Positions 18,817 through 28,818 of a stretch of 64,000 bases of DNA are shown here, piece by piece. Source of the stretch: a virus. The position numbers and the translations under genes are program-made. The first letter of the stretch is position 1, and each line of letters opens with the position of its first letter. The stretch lies in IMG/VR virus record IMGVR_UViG_3300027419_000023, one strand, 5' to 3'. The notes under the pieces were generated by a model. It was not told the DNA's origin and did not search any database. It saw nothing but the letters and a program-made list of their open reading frames with translations.

Positions 18817-19325
18817 TCAACCTCCGTTGGATTAGCCTTTATGGCTTCGATGCTCTTCCTGGCTTTTCTTTCCGCTACGGATTCCATGACTAGTTTTCCT
18901 TTAGAGACTCTATACCAATGACTAGTATATTTTGAGTTTAGCCGAAACTCCGCAAACGGAGCCAGAATCGCTAGTATCATCTCCCCACCGTTTATACGTC
19001 CGGCTTGTCCGAAAGCAACAGACCCAGATTCGATGTCAGCTACTCCGGAATCATCGAATAGCCCGTACGATCTATGACGGTCATACTGTCCTACTGTATT
19101 AATGATGGCTAATATTCTATCATCATTGTCATCGTGGTTAGATAGGGCTATCACTATTCCTTCCTTAGTCTTTCCTACTTTTGCAAAGGGACCTTCCCCA
19201 ATTACTGGTATTTTCGATAGGCTTCGACCTCTACCAGATTCTCCAAGCTCAAGGAAACCATCTTCCATTACTGGAAGTCCTTCTTCTGGAACACTTCCGG
19301 GACTTCGTATCATATATGTTTTCAT
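18807..19325 (-). CDS. hypothetical early protein
   Basis: GGTGA RBS; promoter at 19363-19381; LGESGRGR motif. Confidence 0.65.
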   Translation of the reverse strand: MKTYMIRSPGSVPEEGLPVMEDGFLELGESGRGRSLSKIPVIGEGPFAKVGKTKEGIVIALSNHDDNDDRILAIINTVGQYDRHRSYGLFDDSGVADIESGSVAFGQAGRINGGEMILAILAPFAEFRLNSKYTSHWYRVSKGKLVMESVAERKARKSIEAIKANPTEVEWL

Positions 19326-19362
19326 CTGTATTTCACCTTCAAGTACTAATAGTACGTTCGAG

Positions 19363-19405
19363 AATAAATAGTTTACGGTCCGATCCCGACCAAAACTTAT
19401 AAATA
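19363..19405. promoter_or_regulatory. divergent pair of viral BRE-TATA promoters
   Basis: Minus strand GGACCGTAAACTATTTATT; plus strand GACCAAAACTTATAAATA. Confidence 0.75.
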
Positions 19406-19438
19406 CATTGACTACTAATAAGTCTTCGGAGGTAAATT

Positions 19439-19660
19439 ATGCCAAACATGATTAAGATATGGCCTTGGGAACAAGCACCTAAGAAGTATAAGAAACTCTC
19501 GAAACTCGGAGGAGACGAAGACTGGGTAGTTTACGTTCCAGGAGAGTACAAGAACCAAGTTGATATTTCCCAATGGATCCAGGCTATAGACATGCTAGGT
19601 GAACCAATAGAAGTCATGTTGGAAAGTGGAGACTACATTTATATTGGCGGACATGCATGA
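19439..19660 (+). CDS. hypothetical protein
   Basis: GGAGGT RBS; plus-strand promoter; GGDEDW motif. Confidence 0.7.
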   Translation: MPNMIKIWPWEQAPKKYKKLSKLGGDEDWVVYVPGEYKNQVDISQWIQAIDMLGEPIEVMLESGDYIYIGGHA

Positions 19661-19845
19661 ATAACTATATTAGTAGTTTTATTTTATTTTTTGGAAACAT
19701 GTTATTAATATTTATATTACTATTAATAATTGCTTATATGTTAGTATATCGAGGTACAACCAATCAGATTTATATACTTGCGATGTTATATACTCCATTA
19801 TTACATGATCTAATATTCGGATCACCTTGGGAGGAATTCTCATAG
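19657..19845 (+). CDS. small membrane protein
   Basis: Hydrophobic; ATGA overlap with the upstream gene. Confidence 0.5.
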   Translation: MNNYISSFILFFGNMLLIFILLLIIAYMLVYRGTTNQIYILAMLYTPLLHDLIFGSPWEEFS

Positions 19846-19851
19846 AAGACC

Positions 19852-20205
19852 ATACCACTCCATATCGTTAAGTTAGCTGAAAAATTAGCCGAAAAAAGTA
19901 CAATGAAATATCGGTTGTCAGCTGTCATATTCGACAATAAATTTCGGGTCATAAATACGGGGTATAACCGATGGCTACTAATTGGACACCGCGAGAAAAT
20001 TCCGTTCAAAACGTCAATTCACGCGGAAGCTGACGCAATAATCGGTACATCTCGTCAAGATCTTCATGGAAGTTCAATACTAGTTTTCCGGCATAACTAC
20101 GGTCTTGCAAAACCGTGTCATTGTTGCGAGAATTTAATTATGGTTAGTGGCATTAAAAATATATTCTATAGCAACGGAAACGGATGTATAGAAAAGATGA
20201 AATAA
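19852..20205 (+). CDS. zinc-dependent cytidine/dCMP deaminase-family protein
   Basis: SIHAEADAI...AKPCHCC; the N-terminal helix IPLHIVKLAEKLAEKS lies upstream of the called ATG 19903. Confidence 0.8.
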   Translation: MPLHIVKLAEKLAEKSTMKYRLSAVIFDNKFRVINTGYNRWLLIGHREKIPFKTSIHAEADAIIGTSRQDLHGSSILVFRHNYGLAKPCHCCENLIMVSGIKNIFYSNGNGCIEKMK

Positions 20206-20225
20206 TTATGTAAATAAAAATATTA

Positions 20226-20669
20226 TTAATTTTTGACCCAACTAGATTTGATAATCACTTTTTTCTTTTCATAGCTCGGTCTTGCAATATTTCTCTGTAT
20301 AATTGGTTGAATAGTTTTAACATTCGAATCTTCCCGTATGGCTTCTTTATCTTCCCAGGTCATATGACGTTGCCAGTACGGGTCGAAAAAGTCTTCAAGC
20401 TTGACATTTGGTATAAATATTCGGTACTTTCTATAATAACAATCGTAATAGGCGTCTATGCCGTCCATAAAATACTTGGAACGAAATTCATCTTCTTCCA
20501 TTGCTCGATGAGCATACTTTACCAATATCGAGTTATGATAGTACATGAATCCGTTCATTACTTCGTCCTCTGCCCATATTTGGCTGGAATCTTTATGAGA
20601 TGCTGCAAAATGTAGTATTGAAATCTCTTCCCAAAATTCCGATTTTTTCTTAGCTATATCGTCTTCCAT
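20226..20669 (-). CDS. hypothetical protein, leaderless
   Basis: Promoter at 20691-20708, about 22 nt upstream of the ATG. Confidence 0.6.
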   Translation of the reverse strand: MEDDIAKKKSEFWEEISILHFAASHKDSSQIWAEDEVMNGFMYYHNSILVKYAHRAMEEDEFRSKYFMDGIDAYYDCYYRKYRIFIPNVKLEDFFDPYWQRHMTWEDKEAIREDSNVKTIQPIIQRNIARPSYEKKKVIIKSSWVKN

Positions 20670-20690
20670 GTTGGTTAGTTAAGTTACTAG

Positions 20691-20734
20691 ATTTAAATAC
20701 TTTTTGGTAGCATTTCGACCAAAAGCTTTATATA
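20691..20734. promoter_or_regulatory. divergent pair of viral BRE-TATA promoters
   Basis: Minus strand ACCAAAAAGTATTTAAAT; plus strand GACCAAAAGCTTTATATA. Confidence 0.75.
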
Positions 20735-20836
20735 CTAGAAGTACTAATTATACTTTGCCCAACACCACACTCAACGAGAAAGGAAAGTTTCATCACCTTC
20801 TTTCCTTTTTCTGAAAGTGAAGAGAGGCGCGAGAGT

Positions 20837-21181
20837 ATGCAGAGAAGAATGATTTCAAATATTTTAGACGACTTTTTGAACAGTTTTGTGGAATACCCGG
20901 TCTATTACATCTCTATGCCGGAGATCCGGTCAGATATTAGGAAAACAAAAGACGGTTTCGAACTTGATTTACCGGGCTTCGAAAAAGAACAGATCGAAGT
21001 TTCGATAAAGTCCGGAACCCTGCATGTGGAAGCTAAGTCTAAGGACCGTACCGTAACCCGGATGGTTTCGATATCCAAAATAGTGAATCCAGAAGATGTT
21101 AAAGCCCAGTACAGAAATGGCGTGCTTACGATAGCTATTACTAGTAATGAAGTTCTGGAAAAGAAAATAGAAATAGAGTGA
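20837..21181 (+). CDS. small heat-shock protein (Hsp20/alpha-crystallin)
   Basis: LDLPGFEKEQIEV...L.V.A...VKAQYRNGVLTI. Confidence 0.92.
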   Translation: MQRRMISNILDDFLNSFVEYPVYYISMPEIRSDIRKTKDGFELDLPGFEKEQIEVSIKSGTLHVEAKSKDRTVTRMVSISKIVNPEDVKAQYRNGVLTIAITSNEVLEKKIEIE

Positions 21182-21227
21182 GTAACTTTTTTAAACAAAT
21201 TTTTAAAAAAATAACCTTTTTCCTTTT

Positions 21228-21560
21228 TTAACAGCCTCGATTCAAGATACCATTAATTAACGTGTATTCCGGACATATAATACCCTGGATACAAGATATA
21301 GCTAATACGCAAAGGAAACCTATTACGAGAAAGGTCAAGAAGCCAAATCCCATTGCTGCACCTTCTTTTTCGTTTGGTTCTTTTGCGTATACATACGAGC
21401 TAACTATTATAGTAGCAAATATCGTAACGGCAAGTCCAATTAAGTTCAATTCATTGGATACTATTGTACCTTGGACCATATAATTGAATCCAGAACCTGC
21501 GGCGTTCTTAATTTCTTGTAGCACGGTTTGTGCTAGCTGAACTTCCGAGTCGTTGAACAT
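21228..21560 (-). CDS. membrane protein
   Basis: Two TM helices; GAGGT RBS. Confidence 0.6.
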   Translation of the reverse strand: MFNDSEVQLAQTVLQEIKNAAGSGFNYMVQGTIVSNELNLIGLAVTIFATIIVSSYVYAKEPNEKEGAAMGFGFLTFLVIGFLCVLAISCIQGIICPEYTLINGILNRGC

Positions 21561-21581
21561 ACTTAAATACCTCGCTATACC

Positions 21582-21950
21582 CTATTTTACTGCAATGTTA
21601 TATAGTTTTTGATTTTCGATGCAATGCTTGATGAATTCCTCTTGGCTATCACATTCGTATATTTTTTTGGAATAATATTCGGATTGAAAATGCATTGCTC
21701 TATCAACTGAATACTGCTGGTATTTGTCCTCGAAAGCACTCCCGCGTAGAACCACTATATTATTATTATCTATAGTCGATACACTGAAAAATCCATACTT
21801 ATAGTATCCAAATTTATTCAGGTATAGTTGTTCAGTGAATGGATCAAAGTCACTTCTAAAATGAGCTACTAGAAAGTAAATTTTATTACTATTCAATACG
21901 TTTAGAGTTCCATCTGGATTTAGGGTAATTTCTCTTATCACGGTAATCAC
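21582..21950 (-). CDS. hypothetical protein (paralog family B)
   Basis: LNPDGTLN...KYQQYSV...SQEEF shared with 22416-22793. Confidence 0.7.
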   Translation of the reverse strand: MITVIREITLNPDGTLNVLNSNKIYFLVAHFRSDFDPFTEQLYLNKFGYYKYGFFSVSTIDNNNIVVLRGSAFEDKYQQYSVDRAMHFQSEYYSKKIYECDSQEEFIKHCIENQKLYNIAVK

Positions 21951-22231
21951 CTCTTCTTCTTGCTAATTATTTTTGGGTTCAATATTTTTGCCTTTACGGT
22001 AGCATGCTCTATATGACCTTCTGATAACACGAGTTCTGTGCCGAAACGGCCTTTATGTTTTATGCTACGTGTCGAAATCAATCCAGCGGCTTTAAGTTCC
22101 TGGATGGCGGCTATAGTTCTGTCCGTCTCCTCAAACGACAATGCTTCAATTAGGTCGTCGACTACCACTGGGCCAGTCTTATTTTTCCTCTGAATTTTTG
22201 ACAGTAGCCTATCGGCATACTCCGTAGTCAT
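21947..22231 (-). CDS. winged-helix-like protein
   Basis: AAIQELKAAGLI followed by a beta-wing. Confidence 0.55.
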   Translation of the reverse strand: MTTEYADRLLSKIQRKNKTGPVVVDDLIEALSFEETDRTIAAIQELKAAGLISTRSIKHKGRFGTELVLSEGHIEHATVKAKILNPKIISKKKR

Positions 22232-22415
22232 TTAAGTACCTCGACCCATGCTGACTTTATGCACGATACGCTATTCGAGTTGATTAGGTCCGTGCATCTC
22301 CGTACGCTACTGTAAAAGAACGGAGATCTCCAGACTTTACCATTGAACAGAATTGCGATGCGATACTTCATAATGTTACCTCCTTGTATCTAATTATAGG
22401 TATTCGCGGCTTGGT

Positions 22416-22793
22416 TTAAATATCTTTTGGTTGGTCTTCGTGAGATTTAGTAGATTTGTACCAGGCTACGAATTCTTCTTGGCTTTCGAATTCATATACG
22501 GATGTTTTAATGACCGAATCAGCCATTTTCAATATCCTTTGCACGGAGTATTGCTGATATTTTGAGCTGGCTAACGTAAAAACGTAACTATTATGAATTC
22601 TATCGTCTGAACTTAGTTGAAAACGAACAAATCCATAACGATCTTCGTACGGAATTTTTGTATTGATATAGTAAGATGGTTTAGTGCACGATCCACTTGG
22701 CAGTATAACATATGAAACTAAAAGGTATAATTTATTCTCGGTATTTAATATGTTGAGAGTTCCATCCGGGTTCAAAGAAAGTTGTCTCATCAA
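22416..22793 (-). CDS. hypothetical protein (paralog family B)
   Basis: LNPDGTLN...KYQQYSV...SQEEF. Confidence 0.7.
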   Translation of the reverse strand: MMRQLSLNPDGTLNILNTENKLYLLVSYVILPSGSCTKPSYYINTKIPYEDRYGFVRFQLSSDDRIHNSYVFTLASSKYQQYSVQRILKMADSVIKTSVYEFESQEEFVAWYKSTKSHEDQPKDI

Positions 22794-23248
22794 TGGTCAC
22801 CTTGCGGCATAGGGAAACTAGTATTCCAGGTACTTGATATATTTCCTGTACTATAAGTATGATAATAGTTAGGTGCAACAGTCCAACCATTTGATGTAGG
22901 AGGAACTTGAATAACAACAGCTGTCTGCAATTCTTCTATTGGTATAGGTATCGAACTTTTTCCTACGGTAATTACAACGAAATGTATATCTATCTTGCCG
23001 CTTGATAATGCCACTTGAAATGGTAACGTATTCATGCGGCATTTTTGATAATATTGTTTTAGATTGTCGCTAACTATACTAAAGTAATGTCTTTCCAACA
23101 ATTTTTCTTCGATTTCTTGGTACGATTCCAAGGATAATTTAAATGTCCCGGATATTTCTAGTGTCATGAAATTGTTATTTGTAACAAGACTAATTAATTC
23201 AATGCTATAATCTTTAATATAATTGTCGAATATGATTTTCAAGGTCAA
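22790..23248 (-). CDS. hypothetical protein
   Basis: AGGAGG RBS; promoter at 23280-23297. Confidence 0.55.
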   Translation of the reverse strand: MTLKIIFDNYIKDYSIELISLVTNNNFMTLEISGTFKLSLESYQEIEEKLLERHYFSIVSDNLKQYYQKCRMNTLPFQVALSSGKIDIHFVVITVGKSSIPIPIEELQTAVVIQVPPTSNGWTVAPNYYHTYSTGNISSTWNTSFPMPQGDH

Positions 23249-23295
23249 TACCTCCTAAAAAGTTTATAAGAAATCTAACTATAAATACATTTTGG

Positions 23296-24672
23296 TTATA
23301 CAAGTACGGCATCGCTTACAGGTATGAGCATAGTATTGAGAAGGGCAGTATGCCTACACCCTCCGAAATCCCGTATACCTGAGCAATACCAAGGAATGCA
23401 GGCCTTAAGAGCTTTACCGAACGGCACAACATGCAACGGGTCAATATGGTTCAAGACGCAAAACTTTCTATATTCATGATAGATACGTTCTTTGGCCACA
23501 CATTCATCAGCGACTTCTTTGATATGTAACTCTACGAATGTATTGATAGGATCGGACTGTTTCTTGTACTGGTCTTTTGCGGTAGCAACCTCGAAACTAT
23601 TAGAGAATCTACCGCGTTCCAGTAGAGGCTCTAAGTAGGGCAGGACAATATTTAGAAGACCACTCAATTCCTTAGGATTCGTTACTTGTTCTAGGATGTT
23701 TACACCGTCTGCCTTTTCTTGCTCGGAAAATATATGTTCGAACGGTAAAATTTCAATGCGCCTGTAAAATCCTGAAGTATCGTCTTTGACCCTAGCTAAC
23801 TTATTCGCAGCGAAAATAATTTTAGCGAAGTTAACAAAATCAAAGGCTCGTTCCCCTTTGCGTTGGGCCCTAATAGTATCCTTGTTTGAGGTCAACATTT
23901 TCAGTACGTTAACGTTCGGTAAGGTATGTTGAGCTAGGTCACCGTTCTCGTTGAGTAATTTATTGTGTAGGTCACTGCTGGCAAATCTATCTTCCTCTAG
24001 ATCGTGCATGCTAACAGAGCTAACGTTTTCGTCGCTTAACATAGCTCGGATAATGTCGATGAAGTGTGATTTACCTGTGCCACCAGGACCAAGTAGAATA
24101 AACGCTTTCTGGATTGGGTACTCCCTGTACAGACAATACGCGATGAACTCCAACGCTTTCTGGAAATCTTCCTTACGTAAGATCTTGTCGAAAACGCCGA
24201 GTATTATTGGACACGTGGCATCAGGATCGTAGTTGACGTTGAGCTGTATGCGGCTATAATATTCCGGAGTATGCTCTATGAATTCTCCAGTCTGCCAGTT
24301 CAGTAGGCCATTCAAACAATTTATGATCTCGATACGGCTGTCGAATACCTTGTCTTCGTTGTAGGTGAGGCCTTTTATTATGCCGACAACTTCCTTGAGG
24401 ACGTTAGAGTTGTAAGCTGTCTGGCCATTCTGTTTATGCCATGGCGCTAGGATCGTGACCAATACTTTATGGATGATTTCGAGACCGTTGGGTACATAAT
24501 GTCCGCGAATATACGTGTAAATTTCGCCGGTTTCCACGACGGTAACCATTGGTAAGTGTTCCAGGATTTTCATGGCTAACGAATGATGGTTAACGGAGAT
24601 TACTTCGTTGGTTTTAGGATTAAGTTCCAGGCAGGGTTTAATTTCTTCTTCGGTAAAATCTGACATGCTCAT
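23296..24672 (-). CDS. D5/P4-type SF3 replicative helicase (D5_N plus ATPase; no primase domain)
   Basis: INCLNG...HTPEYY...YDPDATCP, GPGGTGKS, RAQRKGE, FAAN, GFYRRI; ATG 24672 after GGAG. Confidence 0.9.
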   Translation of the reverse strand: MSMSDFTEEEIKPCLELNPKTNEVISVNHHSLAMKILEHLPMVTVVETGEIYTYIRGHYVPNGLEIIHKVLVTILAPWHKQNGQTAYNSNVLKEVVGIIKGLTYNEDKVFDSRIEIINCLNGLLNWQTGEFIEHTPEYYSRIQLNVNYDPDATCPIILGVFDKILRKEDFQKALEFIAYCLYREYPIQKAFILLGPGGTGKSHFIDIIRAMLSDENVSSVSMHDLEEDRFASSDLHNKLLNENGDLAQHTLPNVNVLKMLTSNKDTIRAQRKGERAFDFVNFAKIIFAANKLARVKDDTSGFYRRIEILPFEHIFSEQEKADGVNILEQVTNPKELSGLLNIVLPYLEPLLERGRFSNSFEVATAKDQYKKQSDPINTFVELHIKEVADECVAKERIYHEYRKFCVLNHIDPLHVVPFGKALKACIPWYCSGIRDFGGCRHTALLNTMLIPVSDAVLV

Positions 24673-24704
24673 TTTAAGTGACTCCAAAGGTATATATATT
24701 ATTT

Positions 24705-25046
24705 TTATTCTATATTATTATTAATTGAATTAAGTTGAGAAGTTAGTCTATTTATTTCGGATATAAGATAATTTTTATTATGCTGTTTACGATATTCAAG
24801 TTCCTTCTCAATTTCATCACGAGCTTGGCTAACATATTCCATAAATTTTATTACGTCAATGCATGGAAGTGGTTCAAATTCTGAATTGTGGCAAAGGAAG
24901 TAACCAGCATACCACTTATTTTCAGGATGTTTTTCTATTTTGTCTAATATATCACGGGTTACACTTAGTTGCAATTCGTTGGTAGATAGTACAGATATAG
25001 AACATTCATTATTATTAAAATCATCTATATATATGTGATATTTCAT
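24705..25046 (-). CDS. hypothetical protein
   Basis: ATG 25046 after GAGGA; the longer ORF-track call overlaps another ORF. Confidence 0.5.
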   Translation of the reverse strand: MKYHIYIDDFNNNECSISVLSTNELQLSVTRDILDKIEKHPENKWYAGYFLCHNSEFEPLPCIDVIKFMEYVSQARDEIEKELEYRKQHNKNYLISEINRLTSQLNSINNNIE

Positions 25047-25341
25047 ATCATTATTCCTCTTGATTAATAAATTATTGTAATAATTATACGTAATATTAAT
25101 AATATTGCCATACATATACAGAATATTAGTGACAGTACTGCAAAAGTATCCAGTAATTTCCCCCAATAGGATATGTTTTGCGGTTCGATGTCGTATAATC
25201 TTTTTGAGCATTTAGCGCAACAACCCGCGCATATTCCATACTTTTCGCATGGAATACATACTAAGCATGAATGTATTATAATACCATCTTGCATGACTAT
25301 GTTATAGCAGTTTTCGCAAGCTTGATTTACGACAGGCTTCA

Positions 25342-25581
25342 TTAGTCATCCCGGCATAGCAAGTCCAACTTCTCGAACATCTTTTTGAAGAGGAGGCGTC
25401 CTTGGAATCTCATAGCATCTTCTTGGTTAGCTACGATAGAGATATCGAAACCATGATTGTTAAGAACGTCACGTAGTTCCTGGAACATCTCGTTAATAGA
25501 TTCTTGGGAACGTTCATCTGCAGTTTGATCGTCTGCGATTAACGTGAATCCGCTGCCAATAATTTCACTGGCTGTTAGCAT
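25342..25581 (-). CDS. hypothetical protein
   Basis: GGGAGG RBS. Confidence 0.55.
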   Translation of the reverse strand: MLTASEIIGSGFTLIADDQTADERSQESINEMFQELRDVLNNHGFDISIVANQEDAMRFQGRLLFKKMFEKLDLLCRDD

Positions 25582-25765
25582 GCTTTGCCTCCCTGATTTT
25601 TGCTTTCAAACATTCATGACTACAGATTGGTACGTCCAAACCCATATATCTATATTCTGTTGGTTCTCTACATTGGCCACATGGTTCAAGCCGTCTGAAT
25701 TTAACTATGCTAGGTTCGACTTCTTGGTGTAGTTCGGCCTTCGGATATTTCTTATGGAATTTCAT
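25565..25765 (-). CDS. zinc-finger protein
   Basis: CGQC...CSHEC. Confidence 0.6.
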   Translation of the reverse strand: MKFHKKYPKAELHQEVEPSIVKFRRLEPCGQCREPTEYRYMGLDVPICSHECLKAKIREAKHANSQ

Positions 25766-25786
25766 AAAGTGACCTCCTATCTTATC

Positions 25787-26044
25787 CTATCTTAGTAGCT
25801 TCAAGCAAGTATATGGAAAGTACCAGCCGCCTTGTTGATAATCCGGGCCAGGTACTTCAGGAACCTTAACAAGTATACCAGATGGTGTAATATCAAGTAC
25901 GGTACCAGACTTACCAACTGACGCATCCATTTCTTCGGTCCATATATCCCATTCGTTATCTAAAGATTTTGTGAATATGGTTACGGTGTCTCCGATTCGA
26001 CAATCAAACGAACGTTGACGTCGTGAATAACCAATAGTTGTCAA
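25787..26044 (-). CDS. SH3/KOW-like small protein
   Basis: IGDTVTI...VGKSGTV...WYFPYTCL; GAGGTGA RBS. Confidence 0.6.
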   Translation of the reverse strand: MTTIGYSRRQRSFDCRIGDTVTIFTKSLDNEWDIWTEEMDASVGKSGTVLDITPSGILVKVPEVPGPDYQQGGWYFPYTCLKLLR

Positions 26045-26063
26045 TTTATATCACCTCGATTTC

Positions 26064-26272
26064 TTACCGTATTATTCTGAGACAAGTATACGGATAGTAG
26101 AATTCATTACTATCTGCACGGATTTTTATTCCAGCACCTTGATCGTCTCCGGTTTCTACTATGATACCATATTTGCCTTTCTAAATATATGAACTATATC
26201 CCCAATTTTATGATTAAATGAACGCTCCCTTTTAGCGTATTCTCGACTTTCTATAATGGATGGTATCGGCAT
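26064..26272 (-). pseudogene. frameshifted, internally deleted paralog of 25787-26044
   Basis: First frame YAKRERSFNHKIGDIVHIFRK; second frame GKYGIIVET...FYYPYTCLRIIR*. Confidence 0.7.
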
Positions 26273-26339
26273 TTTCTACACCTCATTATTTGCTTTATTT
26301 GTCCGTATAAAAAGGTTTTGGTTATAATCTCATCTTTCT

Positions 26340-28214
26340 TCATGAGAATACGCGCCTTGGAAATTCGTATTCCCTTCTTACACGTCCCCATGCCTCAGTT
26401 TTGGTAAAATAGCCAACAATTCGCGTCATGTGGCTTACGATAGGACTGCCGCATACAGAGCATTTTTCAGAGTTGCCACAAACGGTAACGTGACCTTGTT
26501 CGCACTCGCCAAAACCGTAATTGACGGCCATATGTGAAACACCCTTGGACACCGCATACTCCACAAGATGTCTCATGACGGAAGGATCCTCAATTCTATC
26601 CTGAACATTTAAGTGCAGGATGCCGCCACCGCTGAGAATATCCTGGAACTTGCCTGTAAGTTCTATACGCTCTGGCATAGACGCATCCAAAATTAGAGGA
26701 ATATATTGGTTACTATACAATTCGAAAGGTATTTTTTCAGGACCGAAAAGTACTTTATCTTTCTCGACAAGTTTGGATGCTACACTCTCGCCTGGGATTT
26801 CCTCGACGTTAAATGAATTTCCGGTATCGATACTAGCTTGTATAGCAAACTCTTCGATAAACTTTAGGACATTCGTTGCAAATGCAGTTCCTTCTTCTGT
26901 CTGTATATCTAAGCCCATAAAGTAACATGCTTCATGGATGCCAATGATACCGATAGTAGAGAACAATCTTTTCAGCGTAAACCAATGCATTGGATTGAAG
27001 AACTGAAGGAATCCTTGGTCAATACGGCGTTGCAATATTTCTTCCCGATGCACGATTAGTAAGTCTCTACATATTTCAAGTTGCTTGGTCAAGTCTGCAA
27101 AAAACCTGTCCATATTTTTATTAGCCTTTAATGCAACTCTAGGTAAATTTACTGTAACCACCCTATGAGAACCTAGATTAAGACCGCCATTTCCGAAAGA
27201 GTCTCCACGAGCTTCCATGCGGGATTTATCGCTGAGCAAGCGACAGCAACTAGCGATCTTGTTACCACTGTTCACATAAATATTGAAAGTGCCATTCTTG
27301 CAGTTGACTTTCGAGAACCATTCCAGAAATTCTGTATCTATAATTGATTTGTCTTCTCGGCAAGCAATATTACAAGTCACTATCGGAAACCTATAGGGTA
27401 GTCCACTTGCCGGATCACCATTAGCAAACCATTCTGCGAAAGCCTTTTGTACGGAAATCACGTATTCGTAGTCAATGCTAGAACCGTCTGGATAAGTATA
27501 GTGTTCGAATAGTTTTTCTAGATTAGGCCTGTCAAAGATACTTAGGTTTGTGAATGGACTTTGCCCACCTACCCTAAACTTATTCGACATGACATGGGTA
27601 AAGCCCTGGAGCAAATTGATGATTTGATAGTTGTCTAAGTTTTCTTTCTTGGTATAGTAACATAAGTTTACTATCAAATCAGAAACCGCAATCGCGCCGG
27701 CAAAGTTTTGTGACAAATCCATGGTTGTTTCGATTACCTGTGCCATAAAGGAACTGGCTCGTTTAGGAGGCAAACTCTTCAATTGACCGTATTTTCTGCC
27801 CTCGTTCATAATGAAGGATGTTGAGTATGCCATACAGTACGGAATTTGAGTTGATGCAGCATCATGAAAATAGACTGATGAATTAAATACAGCTTTGAGC
27901 AGTTCGTTGGCTCGTTCTAAGCCAAAACGTCCCTTGGAGTAGCAATGTAACAAGTAATAAGAATTAAGTTTTGATAGACCTTTTACTATTTCCGCTGAAT
28001 AATTATTATGAGAAATTTCGTCGTTTGAATTTGAGTTAGCATCTAAACTGATGTCGGATACTTTATTTGTGAAATATTTTTTGCTCATCACTCCTATGTC
28101 CAATGCATCGCGAGAAATTCCCTCGATGTCTAGTAATGCTTTTCCTTTGTCGTTAATATTATATTTATTATATAGTTCTTCGAAATCATTATCGAATGTT
28201 GTTTGTATGCGCAT
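26340..28214 (-). CDS. nrdD: anaerobic (class III) ribonucleoside-triphosphate reductase, no ATP cone
   Basis: GGQSPFTN, YRFP, SCCRL, VTVNLPR, EEIPGES, C-terminal Zn site and TRIVGYF glycyl-radical loop. Confidence 0.95.
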   Translation of the reverse strand: MRIQTTFDNDFEELYNKYNINDKGKALLDIEGISRDALDIGVMSKKYFTNKVSDISLDANSNSNDEISHNNYSAEIVKGLSKLNSYYLLHCYSKGRFGLERANELLKAVFNSSVYFHDAASTQIPYCMAYSTSFIMNEGRKYGQLKSLPPKRASSFMAQVIETTMDLSQNFAGAIAVSDLIVNLCYYTKKENLDNYQIINLLQGFTHVMSNKFRVGGQSPFTNLSIFDRPNLEKLFEHYTYPDGSSIDYEYVISVQKAFAEWFANGDPASGLPYRFPIVTCNIACREDKSIIDTEFLEWFSKVNCKNGTFNIYVNSGNKIASCCRLLSDKSRMEARGDSFGNGGLNLGSHRVVTVNLPRVALKANKNMDRFFADLTKQLEICRDLLIVHREEILQRRIDQGFLQFFNPMHWFTLKRLFSTIGIIGIHEACYFMGLDIQTEEGTAFATNVLKFIEEFAIQASIDTGNSFNVEEIPGESVASKLVEKDKVLFGPEKIPFELYSNQYIPLILDASMPERIELTGKFQDILSGGGILHLNVQDRIEDPSVMRHLVEYAVSKGVSHMAVNYGFGECEQGHVTVCGNSEKCSVCGSPIVSHMTRIVGYFTKTEAWGRVRREYEFPRRVFS

Positions 28215-28668
28215 TATTATTCTTCCTGAAGTCTTGATTAGTTAATTTTCCATGGTCCCAAATTCGTTGGTTATTTGATGCAGGAAATCCAGACGTTTTC
28301 AATTCTTGAATGTATGGGCCATCCACGATAATGTCAATGGCTTCTTTGATGTTGTCCGGAATTTCCTCGTATAAAAAGCCTGTATATAAAATAGAAGGTA
28401 ATTTACAGTTAGTTGATAGAGTATTTAAAGCTTTTGGCTGATAGACGGGATCTCCTCCAGTGAAGACTACACTATCATAGAAACCTTGGTACCGTTCCAA
28501 ATGACTTAAAATGTCATTGGTGTCTAGGTCGTGACCATACGAAAAGTCTTGTAGTTCAGGATTCTGGCATCCGGGACAGGCATGACGGCAGCCGGAAAAG
28601 AATACTTCATACGAGATACCGATGCCATTTATGGTGCCTACGTTGGTACCCGCGCATCTAAATTTCAT
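28189..28668 (-). CDS. nrdG: class III RNR activating radical-SAM enzyme
   Basis: FSGCRHACPGCQNPE, TGGDP, VDGPY, SNNQR; adjacent to nrdD. Confidence 0.93.
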   Translation of the reverse strand: MKFRCAGTNVGTINGIGISYEVFFSGCRHACPGCQNPELQDFSYGHDLDTNDILSHLERYQGFYDSVVFTGGDPVYQPKALNTLSTNCKLPSILYTGFLYEEIPDNIKEAIDIIVDGPYIQELKTSGFPASNNQRIWDHGKLTNQDFRKNNNAHTNNIR

Positions 28669-28818
28669 AGGATCCCAACTATAATATATTAGTATCTATT
28701 CGTATTACTTTCAGAGGTTTACCTAGTTTCTTCTCTAGAAATTTGTCCACGTCTTCCGTGGTAGAGAAGTTTTTAATCCTAGTTCCGTATTTATCTTCGA
28801 AAAAAATAGTTTTCATGG

